The notes under the pieces: model-generated | The model's input: the letters and a program-made list of their open reading frames with translations, nothing else | What the model was told of the DNA's origin: nothing | The model's database searches: none | From: Betaproteobacteria bacterium | GTDB lineage: Bacteria; Pseudomonadota; Gammaproteobacteria; Burkholderiales; Burkholderiaceae_C | Assembly (NCBI GenBank): GCA_043750435.1 | Contig: JAYVBO010000274.1 | Location: 1-33,996 of the forward strand | Length of the DNA: 33,996 nucleotides | Direction of reading: 5' to 3' | Shown: positions 16,888 to 26,148 of the stretch, one piece after another | Layout of the letters: every line of letters starts with the position of its first letter | Position numbering within the stretch: the first letter of the stretch is position 1 | Program-made: the position numbers and the translations under genes

Positions 16888-18707
16888 CAGGCGGCTCCTG
16901 CCAGCTTGGGGGGCATCACGATGGGCGGCGCGTCAGGTGCAGCCGACGCGGACGAGCCGAGATAGGTGCGCAGCACGTGCTCGTTCTTCACCACCGCGGC
17001 CAGCGGGCCGTCGGCGATCAGCGTGCCCTGCTCCAGCGCGATGACGCGGTCGACCACCTGCTCCAGCGCCGAGAAGATGTGCTCGACCCAGATCACCGTG
17101 ATGCCGTAGCGGTCGCGCACGTGGCGGATGTGCTCGACGAAGCGCTTGACCTCGGCCGGCGTCAGGCCCGAGGCCACCTCGTCCACCAGCAGCAGGCGCG
17201 GGCGGCAGGCCAGCGCACGGGCAAATTCAAGGGCCTTCTTCTCCTGCACGCTCAGCGCGTCGGCGCGTTGGGTCAGGCGCGGGCCCAGCTCGGCGTACTC
17301 GATGAACGCGCGGGCCTCGCGCATCGCGTCGCGCGGGCTCAGCGGCTGGCTGCCGAACATCAGCGGAATGGCGATGTTCTCCTGCACCGTCAGGTCGCCG
17401 AAGGGGCGTGGGATCTGATAGGTGCGCCCCACGCCCAGGCGGGCGATGCCGTCGCGGCCCAGCGCGGCCAGGTCCTGCCCCGCCAGCAGCACCTGCCCCG
17501 CGGTGGGCGTGTGGACGCGCGAGATGCAGTTGAACAGGGTGGTCTTGCCGGAGCCGTTGGGGCCGATCAGGCCGACGATCTCGCCCTGGTTGATCTTCAG
17601 GCTCACGTCGTTGACGGCGACGTTGCCACCGAACTGCATGCAAACCCCGCGCAGCTCGATCAGCGGCGCCTGGCGGTCCACCGTCAGGCGTGGCAGCGGC
17701 AGGTCGCCGCGGCGGGCGCCTTCGGCCAGCGCCACGGCGGCCGACTCGCCGCCGTACTCGTGGTGTTCACGGCCCAGCGCGGCCAGGCCCGGCACCTTGC
17801 GCACCCACAGCGCGCGCAGGAAGCCGCCCGGCATGAAGCGGCCGATCAGCAAGATGGTCAGGCCGTACAGCGTGGCCTGGTAGCCCTTGACGCTGACCAG
17901 CAGCCACTGCTGCATGCTGGCCAACACCAGCACGCCCACCAGCGGCCCGAAGCGCAGGCCCGAGCCGGCGAACAGGACCATCGCGATGGGCACCAGCGCC
18001 ACGTTCAGGCCGAAGACGGTGGCCGGGTCGATGTAGCTCAGCTGCCAGGACTGCAAGGCACCGGCCACGGCGCCGAACAGGCTGGACAACACCAGCACGC
18101 GGCGCTTGGCCGGGGCGATCTGCACGCCCACGGTTTCGGCCACCTGCTCGTCGTTGCGGATGCTGCGCAGCGCATAGCCGAATCGGGTGTGGTTGATCTG
18201 CAGCGTGAAGCCGAAGACGATCACGCAGACGGCGAGTGCCAGCAAGAAGGCCGGCGTCATGACTTGCGCCACCGGCAGCACGATGCCGTCGGCGCCCTTG
18301 GTCAGGCCGCTGAGGTTGTAGGCCAGCACCTCCATCAGCGGCAGCAGCGCCAGCGTGGCGAAGGCGAAGTAGTCACCGTGCAGCCTGAACAGCGGCACCG
18401 ACAGCAGCAGCGCCACACCCGCCGTGACCACCAGCGCCACGCCCAGCGCCGCCCAGAAGGGCCAGCCGCCCACCAGCGCGATGCAGAAGGCATAGGCGCC
18501 GATGCCGTAGAAGGCGTAGTGGCCCAGGTTGACGTAGCCCATTTCGCCGGCCACCCAATCCCAGCTCTGGCCCAGGATGTAGGCGATCAGTACCGTGAAG
18601 GCGAAGCTGATGAAGTAGGCGTTGCCGAAGAAGGGCAGCGCCGCCAACGCAGCCACGCCGGCCGAACCGAGGATCCAGCCGATGGCCGAGGTCTGGCGAG
18701 CGCTCAC
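16887..18707 (-). CDS. Fused LIV-type permease (LivM-like) + ATPase (LivG-like), system 1
   Basis: GTG start 18707 overlapping the upstream stop (GTGA), 606 aa; N-half hydrophobic with GYVNLGHYAFYGIGAY and GDYFAFAT; C-half GPNGSGKTT, GRTYQ, LLLVDE, WVEH. Confidence 0.9.
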   Translation of the reverse strand: MSARQTSAIGWILGSAGVAALAALPFFGNAYFISFAFTVLIAYILGQSWDWVAGEMGYVNLGHYAFYGIGAYAFCIALVGGWPFWAALGVALVVTAGVALLLSVPLFRLHGDYFAFATLALLPLMEVLAYNLSGLTKGADGIVLPVAQVMTPAFLLALAVCVIVFGFTLQINHTRFGYALRSIRNDEQVAETVGVQIAPAKRRVLVLSSLFGAVAGALQSWQLSYIDPATVFGLNVALVPIAMVLFAGSGLRFGPLVGVLVLASMQQWLLVSVKGYQATLYGLTILLIGRFMPGGFLRALWVRKVPGLAALGREHHEYGGESAAVALAEGARRGDLPLPRLTVDRQAPLIELRGVCMQFGGNVAVNDVSLKINQGEIVGLIGPNGSGKTTLFNCISRVHTPTAGQVLLAGQDLAALGRDGIARLGVGRTYQIPRPFGDLTVQENIAIPLMFGSQPLSPRDAMREARAFIEYAELGPRLTQRADALSVQEKKALEFARALACRPRLLLVDEVASGLTPAEVKRFVEHIRHVRDRYGITVIWVEHIFSALEQVVDRVIALEQGTLIADGPLAAVVKNEHVLRTYLGSSASAAPDAPPIVMPPKLAGAA

Positions 18708-19567
18708 CGTGCACCCGCCAGTTTGGGACGCGCCACCAGGATCACCAGCATCGCCACCACGCTGAGCGCGGGCGCCCACTCGGGCTTCCAGTACAGGCCG
18801 GTAAGGCCCTCGGCCACGCCCAGAAACACGCCGGCGATCAGCGCGCCCGGCAGGTTGCCGATGCCGCCCACCACGATGATGGTGAAGGCTTTCACCGTGA
18901 GGCTGAAGCCCATCGTCGGATCGACCGGAAAGCTCATCACGTACAGCACGGCCGCGATGGCCACCGTGGCCGAGCCGAAGGCAAAGGTCAGCGCCTTCAT
19001 GCGCGTGCTCTGCACGCCGCAGATCTGCGCGCCGGTGGCGTCTTGCGTCACCGCCCGGATGGCGCGGCCGAACCAGGTGTGCTTGAGCACCAGATGCATC
19101 ACCACCGTCAACAGCACGATGCCGCCCAGGATCAGCAACTGCACCGTGCTGACGACGATCTCGCCGAACTCCAAGGCCTCAAGCCGCAGCGGAATGTTGC
19201 GTTGCGTGGCGCCGGCGGCCTTGGCGGTCAGGTCGCTCAACATCATCAGCGTGCCCACCGTCACCAGCACCGTGCCCACGGTGCTTTCGAAGTGGTTGCG
19301 CTTGGCCAGTGGCTTGAGTAGCAAGTGGTAGTAGCCGAAGGCGAGGACGCCCAGCATCGGCGCCAGCAGCAGGGCGATCAGCAGCGGGTGCAACTGCCAA
19401 CTGGCATAGGCCATGCTGGCGGCCACGCCGCTGACCGCGAGCAAGGTGCCGTGTGCGAAGTTGAGGATGCGCACCACGCCGTAGATGAGGGACAGGCCGA
19501 ACGCGACCAGCGCGTACAGCCCGCCCAGCAGCACGCCGCCTATGAGGACTTGCAGGAGGACTTCCAT
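18704..19567 (-). CDS. LIV/HAAT-type ABC transporter permease (LivH-like), system 1
   Basis: AFGLSLIYGVVRILNFAHG, TWFGRAIRAV, VVGGIGNLPG. Confidence 0.93.
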   Translation of the reverse strand: MEVLLQVLIGGVLLGGLYALVAFGLSLIYGVVRILNFAHGTLLAVSGVAASMAYASWQLHPLLIALLLAPMLGVLAFGYYHLLLKPLAKRNHFESTVGTVLVTVGTLMMLSDLTAKAAGATQRNIPLRLEALEFGEIVVSTVQLLILGGIVLLTVVMHLVLKHTWFGRAIRAVTQDATGAQICGVQSTRMKALTFAFGSATVAIAAVLYVMSFPVDPTMGFSLTVKAFTIIVVGGIGNLPGALIAGVFLGVAEGLTGLYWKPEWAPALSVVAMLVILVARPKLAGAR

Positions 19568-19591
19568 GACTTGGCCTTCAGCGCGCTGCGC

Positions 19592-20791
19592 TTACTTCCA
19601 GCTCGGCGACGGCCACTGCAGCGTGGCGGTGGCCACCTCGGGCGGCCACACCACTTGCACCTTGCCGGCCTGCATCTGCACCGTGAAGGCGCCGGTGTTC
19701 GGGAAGCCGCGCTCGTCGAAAGTCACGTCGCCGGCCGGGCTCTTGATGGTGCTCTTGAACAGCGCCGTCCTGACCTTCTCGCGGTCGACCTCGCCGGCTT
19801 TTTCGATGCCCTGGATCATGCCGAGGTAGGCGGTCAGCCGGCCCAGCGTCCAGATGTAGTCGAACATGGTCACGTCCGAGCGCTTCATCACGGTCTCGAC
19901 GAGTTCGCTGTAGGCGCCCTTGACGCCGGGGTACCAGCTCAGCTCGCCGGTCATGCCTTCCAGGTCCTTGCCCACCTGGCGCTGCAGCGCACCGGTCAGC
20001 ATGGTGTGGTGCACGTCCATCGCGCGCACCTTCAGCTGGCGCATCTGCTGCACCAGCGGCACGCTGGCGTTGTCGTAGCTGCTGATGTAGATGATGTCGG
20101 CCTTGGCCGCGCGCACCTTGGCGATCAGCGCGGTGAAGTCCTTCAACTCCGGGCTGAAACTCTCGTTGCCCAGCACCTTCATGCCGGCTTCTTCGGCCTT
20201 CTTGCTCCAGGTGGCGGTGATGCCCTTCATCACTGGGTTGTCGTGGGTGATGAAGTAGATGCTCTGCGGCTTGGGCGTGGCCTTGCCGATCATCTCGAAG
20301 TAGCGCGCCGACCAGTTGGGCACCACCGGAAAGGGCGTGCCCCAGATGTACTTCAGACCGCGGTCGTACAGCGCCGGCGAGGCCACGTTGGCCATCACCA
20401 TGGGGATCTGGTACTTGTCGGCCATGGGTGGCACCGGGCCGCCGATGGAAGACCAGTCGGGGCCGACGAAGAAGTCGACCTTGTCGACCGTGGCCATCTT
20501 CTCGTAGAGCTGCACGGCGGTGGCCGGCACGCTCTGGTCGTCATAGATCACGAACTGCAACGGCAGCTTCTTGTTGCAGGACTTCACGGCGATGCCGCCG
20601 CTCTTGTTGATCTCTTCGGCAAAGACCTCGGTCAGCTTGCGCCAGCGGTCGGCCAGCGTGCTGAAGGGGCCGGTCTCGCTGATGGTGGTGCCGAAGACGA
20701 TAGGGCCGTCGCAGCTGTTGAGCTTGGCGCTGGCGGGCGCGGCGGCCAGGACTGCGGCTGTTGCCAGGATGCTGGTTGCGAATTGCTTCAT
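19592..20791 (-). CDS. LIV/HAAT-type ABC transporter substrate-binding protein, system 1
   Basis: GGAG RBS; signal peptide MKQFATSILATAAVLAAAPASA; GTTISETGPF, INKSGGI, YDDQS, VDFFVGP, QVVWP. Confidence 0.92.
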   Translation of the reverse strand: MKQFATSILATAAVLAAAPASAKLNSCDGPIVFGTTISETGPFSTLADRWRKLTEVFAEEINKSGGIAVKSCNKKLPLQFVIYDDQSVPATAVQLYEKMATVDKVDFFVGPDWSSIGGPVPPMADKYQIPMVMANVASPALYDRGLKYIWGTPFPVVPNWSARYFEMIGKATPKPQSIYFITHDNPVMKGITATWSKKAEEAGMKVLGNESFSPELKDFTALIAKVRAAKADIIYISSYDNASVPLVQQMRQLKVRAMDVHHTMLTGALQRQVGKDLEGMTGELSWYPGVKGAYSELVETVMKRSDVTMFDYIWTLGRLTAYLGMIQGIEKAGEVDREKVRTALFKSTIKSPAGDVTFDERGFPNTGAFTVQMQAGKVQVVWPPEVATATLQWPSPSWK

Positions 20792-20843
20792 GACGATGTC
20801 TCCGACGATTGGTTTTGTGGTGTGCGAGGGGAAGCGGCGGTGC

Positions 20844-22283
20844 TCAGGCGTCCGCCAGCGGAGTGCCAGCGAGCGCGGCGGCGCCAGTGGCGGCGACGAC
20901 GCTTTCGAGATCGACCTCGCGCTCGCCCGGTATGCGCACGCGGGTGAAGACGTGTTCTGAAGAGACCAGGGGCTTGGTCGCGTCCAGACCCATCTTGGCG
21001 CCGTAGCCCTGCCATTCCAGCGCAGGCTTGTTGCCTGGAAAAGCGACGGTGGTGGACGGGTCCAGCGCCGAGCCCTGGGCCCCGGTGATGACGACCAGAT
21101 CGCGGTCGGCCTGGAAGCGGGTGGCCACGGCCCATTCCACTTCCAGCGGGTCGTGCACGTTCACGTCCTCGTCGACCACGATGACCTGCTTCACGTCGTA
21201 GTGGCCCGCGAAAGCGCCGAGGATCACGTTCTTGGCCTGGCCTTCGCGCGTCTTCTTCATCTGCACATGCAGGTGGTAGCGGGCCACGCCGCCGACGCTG
21301 AGGTGCACATCGGTGACGTTGGGGAAGCTGCGCTGAAGGTGGGCCAGCAGCGTCGCTTCACGCGGAATGGCGCCCAGCAGCAGGTGTTCCATCTCGGCCG
21401 GCACGATGGTGTGGAAGATCGGGTCGCGCCGGTGGGTGATGGCCGTGATCTGGATCACCTCGCGTTCTTCGCGCGCGCTGTAGTACTTCGGGAATTCGCC
21501 GAAAGGCCCTTCGGCTTCGCGCACGTGGGGCAGCAGGCGGCCTTCGATGACGATTTCGGCTTCGGCCGGCACACGCACGTCGTTCGTCAGGCACTTGACC
21601 ACCGGCAAGGGGCTGCCGTGCAGCGCACCGGCGATGGTCAGTTCATCGCAATCGATCGCCGCGATGGCCTGCGAGGCCAGGGCCGTCAGCGGATCGACGC
21701 CGATCACGATGGCGATGTCCAGCGCCTGGCCTTGCGCCTCGGCCGCCGCAAAGTAGGCGTGCAGATGGCGCGGCAGGATCAGGATGCCCATGCGGTCGCG
21801 GCCATGGATCTGGATGCGGTTGATCGACACGTTCTGCACGCCCGTCTTCGGGTTGCGCGCAATCACCAAGCCGGCGGTGATGTAGGGGCCGTCGTCGTGC
21901 TCGCTGTGCGTGGGGATGGGCAGCAGGGTGCGGATGTCACCTTGCGTGGCATCGAAGCGGTGCACCACTTGCTGGGCCGGCGCGTCGCCGACCTCGGTCC
22001 ACGGCAGCGGATGCTCGGCGGCGGTGCGAAAGCGCTGCAGCAGTTGCGGCTCGGAAACACCCATCGCTTCGGCGATCCAGCTGCGGCGCGACATGAAGCC
22101 CGTCACCACCGGCATGGCATGGCCACCGGGTTGTGGAAAGTAAGCCGCCTGCCGGCCATCCAGGCGTTTGGCGATGGCGGCCAGTTCATGCTTCAAGGCC
22201 ACGCCCGGGCGGATGGCGACCAGGCGGTCGGTTTCGCCCAGGTGGCGCAGCCAGCCGCGCAGGCTGGTGTGGATGGTGTGCAT
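20844..22283 (-). CDS. hmfF: UbiD-family prFMN decarboxylase, probable 2,5-furandicarboxylate decarboxylase (HmfF)
   Basis: Start ATG 22283 (479 aa); DDGPYITAG, NVSINR, EGPFGEF, VVDEDV, EWAVATRFQ, LDPS, KMGLDAT; EHLLLGAIPRE and GGVARYH carry the His/Arg residues I recall for HmfF; lies within an hmfABCD operon. Confidence 0.85.
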   Translation of the reverse strand: MHTIHTSLRGWLRHLGETDRLVAIRPGVALKHELAAIAKRLDGRQAAYFPQPGGHAMPVVTGFMSRRSWIAEAMGVSEPQLLQRFRTAAEHPLPWTEVGDAPAQQVVHRFDATQGDIRTLLPIPTHSEHDDGPYITAGLVIARNPKTGVQNVSINRIQIHGRDRMGILILPRHLHAYFAAAEAQGQALDIAIVIGVDPLTALASQAIAAIDCDELTIAGALHGSPLPVVKCLTNDVRVPAEAEIVIEGRLLPHVREAEGPFGEFPKYYSAREEREVIQITAITHRRDPIFHTIVPAEMEHLLLGAIPREATLLAHLQRSFPNVTDVHLSVGGVARYHLHVQMKKTREGQAKNVILGAFAGHYDVKQVIVVDEDVNVHDPLEVEWAVATRFQADRDLVVITGAQGSALDPSTTVAFPGNKPALEWQGYGAKMGLDATKPLVSSEHVFTRVRIPGEREVDLESVVAATGAAALAGTPLADA

Positions 22284-22294
22284 CGCGGCGGGCC

Positions 22295-23260
22295 TCAATC
22301 GATGGCTTGCAGCTTGGCGTCGCGCGCCACGCGGGCCCACTTGCTCACTTCGCCCTGGAAGAAGGCGGCGAACTGCGCGGGGGTGTCGGGTGCCGAGGGA
22401 ACGAAGCCGGCATCGATCAGCCTGGCCTTGAAAGCCGGGTCGGCCACGGCTTTGGCTGCGGCAGCCGACAGCGCATCGACGATGGGCTTGGGCGTTCCAG
22501 CCGGCGCGAAAAGGCCGAACCAGCCGTTGAAGTCATAGCCCGGCACACCGGCTTCGGCAATCGTCGGCAGGTCGGGTGCGGCCGGAGTGCGGCGCGCGGT
22601 GCTGACCGCCAGCGCGCGCAGCCTGCCGGCCTTCACCTGCGGCAAAGCCGAGGTCTGGAACATGAACATCAGGTCGACAGTGCCGGCCATCACATCGGGC
22701 AGGGCCTGGCTGTCGGCCTTGTAGGGGATGTGGGTCATGTCGACGCCGGCCAGGGTCTTGAACAGCTCGCCGGCCAGGTGGCTGCTGGTGCCCATGCCCG
22801 ACGAGCTGAAGGTCAGCTTGCCCGGCTTGGCCTTGGCATAGGCAATCAGCTCAGCGATGTTTTTCACCGGCAGACCGGGCGTCACGACGACGATCATCGG
22901 CACACCGCAACACAAGCTGACGGCCATCAGGTCTTTCAGCGGATCGAAGCTCATCTTCTTCTGGATGGCGGGGTTGCTGGCCAGGCTGGTGGCGGCCATC
23001 ACCACCGTGTAGCCATCGGGCGCTGAGCGCACCGTGGCTTCGGCGCCCAGGTTGCCGCCGGCCCCGGGCTTGTTGTCGACGAGCACGCGCTGACCCAGGA
23101 TCTCGCCCATCTTGTCGCCCACCAGGCGGCCGATCTGGTCGCCGGTTCCGCCTGCGCTGTAGGGCACCACCATGCGGATCATCTTGTTCGGGTAGGCCTC
23201 AGCCGCCCAGGAATTCAGCGCCGCCAGCATCAGCAGGCCGCTTGCCATCAGCGTCTTCAT
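22295..23260 (-). CDS. Bug/TctC tripartite tricarboxylate transporter substrate-binding protein
   Basis: Signal peptide; YPNKMIRMVVPYSAGG, NKPGAGGN, PDGYT, SSGMGTSSHL, HIPYK; no tctA/tctB in the window. Confidence 0.93.
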   Translation of the reverse strand: MKTLMASGLLMLAALNSWAAEAYPNKMIRMVVPYSAGGTGDQIGRLVGDKMGEILGQRVLVDNKPGAGGNLGAEATVRSAPDGYTVVMAATSLASNPAIQKKMSFDPLKDLMAVSLCCGVPMIVVVTPGLPVKNIAELIAYAKAKPGKLTFSSSGMGTSSHLAGELFKTLAGVDMTHIPYKADSQALPDVMAGTVDLMFMFQTSALPQVKAGRLRALAVSTARRTPAAPDLPTIAEAGVPGYDFNGWFGLFAPAGTPKPIVDALSAAAAKAVADPAFKARLIDAGFVPSAPDTPAQFAAFFQGEVSKWARVARDAKLQAID

Positions 23261-24798
23261 TTCGGGGTCTCCACTGCGGCCGTGACCGCTTCGTATTCAC
23301 CGGCCTGCAACTTGCGCCGCAGCACCTTGCCCACCGGGCTTTTGGGAATTTCCCGCACGAAGATGTAGTCGCGCGGGCGCTTGAAATTGACGAGTTCGCT
23401 GCGCCGGCAGTGCGCGTCCAGCGCGGCAGCGTCCACCGCGCTGCGCGCCTTGACGAAGGCCACCACCTTCTGGCCCCAGCGCGCGTCGAAGAGGCCGGCC
23501 ACGGCCACTTCATCGACGGCGGGGTGCAGCGACAGCACCGACTCGATGTCCACCGGCGAGATGTTCTCGCCGCCGCTGATGATCATGTCGTCGACCCGGC
23601 CGGTGACGTAGAGGTCGCCTTCGGCATCGGTGTAGCCGGTGTCACCGGTGAAATACCAGCCGCCGTGCAGGCTCTTGGCGTTGGCTTCGGGGCGCTTGTG
23701 ATAGCCCTCGAAGGCCTCGTCACCGGCCATGTCGGCGATGACCTGGCCTTCTTCGCCCAGCGCCGCCAGGCGCTCGGGGTCGGTGCTGTTCAGCTGGACC
23801 ACGCGCAGCCGCGTGTTCAGGCCCGCGCGGCCGGCCGAGCCGGGCTTGGCGACGGCGCGCTGGTTGATGCTGAAGGTGTAGATCTCGCTGCTGCCGTAGT
23901 GGTTGACGAAGAGCTCGGGGCTGAAGGCGCGGTCCAGACGCTGCAGCAGTGCGTCGTGCATGGGCGCGCCGGCAAAGCCCAGCTTGCTGACGCTGGCGGT
24001 GTCGGTGGCCGCGAAATCGGCATGGCCCAGCAGGTCGTGGTACAGCGTGGGCACCAGGTAGAGGTGGGTCACGCGTTCGGCCTGTATCGCGGCCAGTGCC
24101 TGCTGCGCGTCGAAGCGCGGGATGCAGACGAAGCGCCCGTCGACCAGGGCCAGCGCCAGCAGGCTGCGCACGCCCATCGTGTGATACAGCGGCATGACCC
24201 CCAGCGTGCATTCGGCATCGCCATAGCGGTTCTGCGCCACATGGGCCAGCGCAGCGGCGCGTTCGGCGCGGTGGCGGCGCGGCACGCCTTTGGGCCGGCC
24301 GGTGGTGCCGCTGGTGTACAGCATCAGTGAGCCGTCTTCGGCCGTGGCGCAGGGCAGCGGCATTTGTGGGCCGGTCAGCCAATCTTCGAAGCGCAACGTG
24401 CCCCCGCTGGCGCTGCCCACGCTGACGCGCGGCAGGTTGCAGGCCAGCGCGGAAGCGGCCACGGCGTCTTGCACCACGCTTTCGTAAACCAGCGCCTTGG
24501 CCTCGGCATCGGCCAGGCAGTGGTCGATCTCGTCGCCCTTGGCGCGCCAGTTCAGTGGCGTCATCACGATGCCCGCGAACTGGCAGGCCCAGTGCAGCGT
24601 GGCCATCTCCCAGCGGTTCTGCAGCACGGCCAGCAGGTGGTCGCCGCGTTGCAGGCCGAGCTGCGCCAGACCAGCCTGCACGGCGCCGATGCGCAGCGCC
24701 CACTCGGCGTAGGTCAGGCGCACACCGCCGTCGACCAGCGCGGTGCGGCGCGGGCTGCGTTCCAGGCTTTGCAAGAAGGTGCGGCCCAGGTCAAACAT
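23257..24798 (-). CDS. hmfD: Acyl-CoA synthetase, probable 2-furoyl-CoA synthetase (HmfD)
   Basis: Start ATG 24798 (MFDLGRTFLQS, 513 aa); YTSGTTGRPKG, NHYGSSE, FTGD, GRVDDMIISGGENI, PKSPVGK; directly downstream of hmfABC. Confidence 0.87.
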   Translation of the reverse strand: MFDLGRTFLQSLERSPRRTALVDGGVRLTYAEWALRIGAVQAGLAQLGLQRGDHLLAVLQNRWEMATLHWACQFAGIVMTPLNWRAKGDEIDHCLADAEAKALVYESVVQDAVAASALACNLPRVSVGSASGGTLRFEDWLTGPQMPLPCATAEDGSLMLYTSGTTGRPKGVPRRHRAERAAALAHVAQNRYGDAECTLGVMPLYHTMGVRSLLALALVDGRFVCIPRFDAQQALAAIQAERVTHLYLVPTLYHDLLGHADFAATDTASVSKLGFAGAPMHDALLQRLDRAFSPELFVNHYGSSEIYTFSINQRAVAKPGSAGRAGLNTRLRVVQLNSTDPERLAALGEEGQVIADMAGDEAFEGYHKRPEANAKSLHGGWYFTGDTGYTDAEGDLYVTGRVDDMIISGGENISPVDIESVLSLHPAVDEVAVAGLFDARWGQKVVAFVKARSAVDAAALDAHCRRSELVNFKRPRDYIFVREIPKSPVGKVLRRKLQAGEYEAVTAAVETPK

Positions 24799-25309
24799 GG
24801 GCCGGCTCCGCAAGCGTGGCGCGGCGCGCACGGGCGACATCCAGAATGGCCGCCACGATGGGCGTGTAGCCCGTGCAGCGGCACAGATGGCCCGACAGCA
24901 TCTCGCGAACCTGGGCTTCGGACGGATCGCTGACGCGGCCCAGCCAGTCGCTGCACGACATCAGGATGCCGGCCGTGCAGAAACCGCATTGCAGCGCGTG
25001 ATGGCGTTTGAAGGCGGCCTGCAGGTCATTCATCACACCATCGCTGGCCAGGCCTTCGACGGTCCGCACGGCGCGGCCGTCGACTTGCACCGCCAGCGTC
25101 AGGCAGGCGCGTTGCGCCACGCCATCGACCTGCACCGTGCAGGCCCCGCAGACGCCGTGTTCGCAGCCCACGTGGGTGCCGGTGGCGCCCAGTGCATGGC
25201 GCAAGAAGTCGCTGAGCAGCAGGCGCGTGTGGGCATGCGCCTGGCGCGGCTGGCCGTTCAGCGTGAGGTGGATCGGGTGCGGCGTGTCGCGCGGCAGTAA
25301 GGCGGTCAT
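24791..25309 (-). CDS. hmfC: 2Fe-2S small subunit of furoyl-CoA dehydrogenase (HmfC)
   Basis: GCEHGVCGAC...C and QCGFC...HLCRCTGY, the two clusters of CoxS/XdhA-type subunits. Confidence 0.88.
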   Translation of the reverse strand: MTALLPRDTPHPIHLTLNGQPRQAHAHTRLLLSDFLRHALGATGTHVGCEHGVCGACTVQVDGVAQRACLTLAVQVDGRAVRTVEGLASDGVMNDLQAAFKRHHALQCGFCTAGILMSCSDWLGRVSDPSEAQVREMLSGHLCRCTGYTPIVAAILDVARARRATLAEPAHV

Positions 25310-26148
25310 CGCGGGCTCCGGTGGGTGGTGTGGGACAGCGCCTGGGCAACGGCCCGGCGCCCCAGTTCGCGCACCAGCTGGCGGCGCAGCGCCGCGCTGG
25401 CTTGCGGTTCGTCGCGGGCTTGCAACGACCAGGCGAATTCGTTCAAGGCATCGGGCAGGGCGCTGCCCGGCAGGTGCGGAAAGTCGCGCGCCACGGCCTG
25501 GTCGGCGACGCCGCCGATGGCGATGCGCAGGCCTTGTGCGTGGGCCACCACGGCCACTGCACAGAGCGCGAAATCACCGTGGCGCACGCCGAACTCTGCG
25601 AAGCCGTGGCCGTCGCCCGGTGTGGCCAGAGGGAAGCGCACGGCTTCCACCAATTCATCGGCGCGCCGGGCCGTCAGCAACATGCCGGTGAAGAAATCGG
25701 CGGCCTTCACCGTGCGCAGGCCCTTGGCGCTGCGCAAGACCACTTCGCCTTTCAAGGCCAGCAGGCACAGTGGCAACTCGGCCGAAGGATCGGCATGGGC
25801 GATGCTGCCGGCCACGGTGCCGCGGTTGCGGATCGGGAAGTGCGAAATGTGCGGGAAGGCCAGCGCCAGCAGTGGCAGTTCTTGCGCCAGTGTGGGCCGC
25901 CCTTCAACCGCCGCCTGCGTGGCGGCAGCGCCGATGTGCAGCGCGCCGCGCTCCACCTGCACGCGGGCCAGGCTGACGCTGCGCGAAATGTCCAGCAAGC
26001 GCTGCGGTGCCGCCAGGCGCATGTTCAGCACCGCCATCAGCGACTGCCCGCCGGCCAGGATGCGCGCGTCTTCGCCCAGCTGGGCGAGCACGGCAGCAGC
26101 TTCTTCGGCGCTGTCGGTGCGCTGGTAGTCGAAGGCGGCCGGCTTCAT
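25306..26148 (-). CDS. hmfB: FAD-binding medium subunit of furoyl-CoA dehydrogenase (HmfB)
   Basis: Start ATG 26148 (MKPAAFDY) overlapping the hmfA stop; LAGGQSL, IRNRGTVAGSIAHADPSAE, RHGDFA (CoxM-type). Confidence 0.88.
   Translation of the reverse strand: MKPAAFDYQRTDSAEEAAAVLAQLGEDARILAGGQSLMAVLNMRLAAPQRLLDISRSVSLARVQVERGALHIGAAATQAAVEGRPTLAQELPLLALAFPHISHFPIRNRGTVAGSIAHADPSAELPLCLLALKGEVVLRSAKGLRTVKAADFFTGMLLTARRADELVEAVRFPLATPGDGHGFAEFGVRHGDFALCAVAVVAHAQGLRIAIGGVADQAVARDFPHLPGSALPDALNEFAWSLQARDEPQASAALRRQLVRELGRRAVAQALSHTTHRSPR

Noticed and set aside
20844-22283. Housekeeping ubiD of ubiquinone synthesis
   Set aside because: It is embedded in a catabolic operon and its sequence features match the HmfF type.
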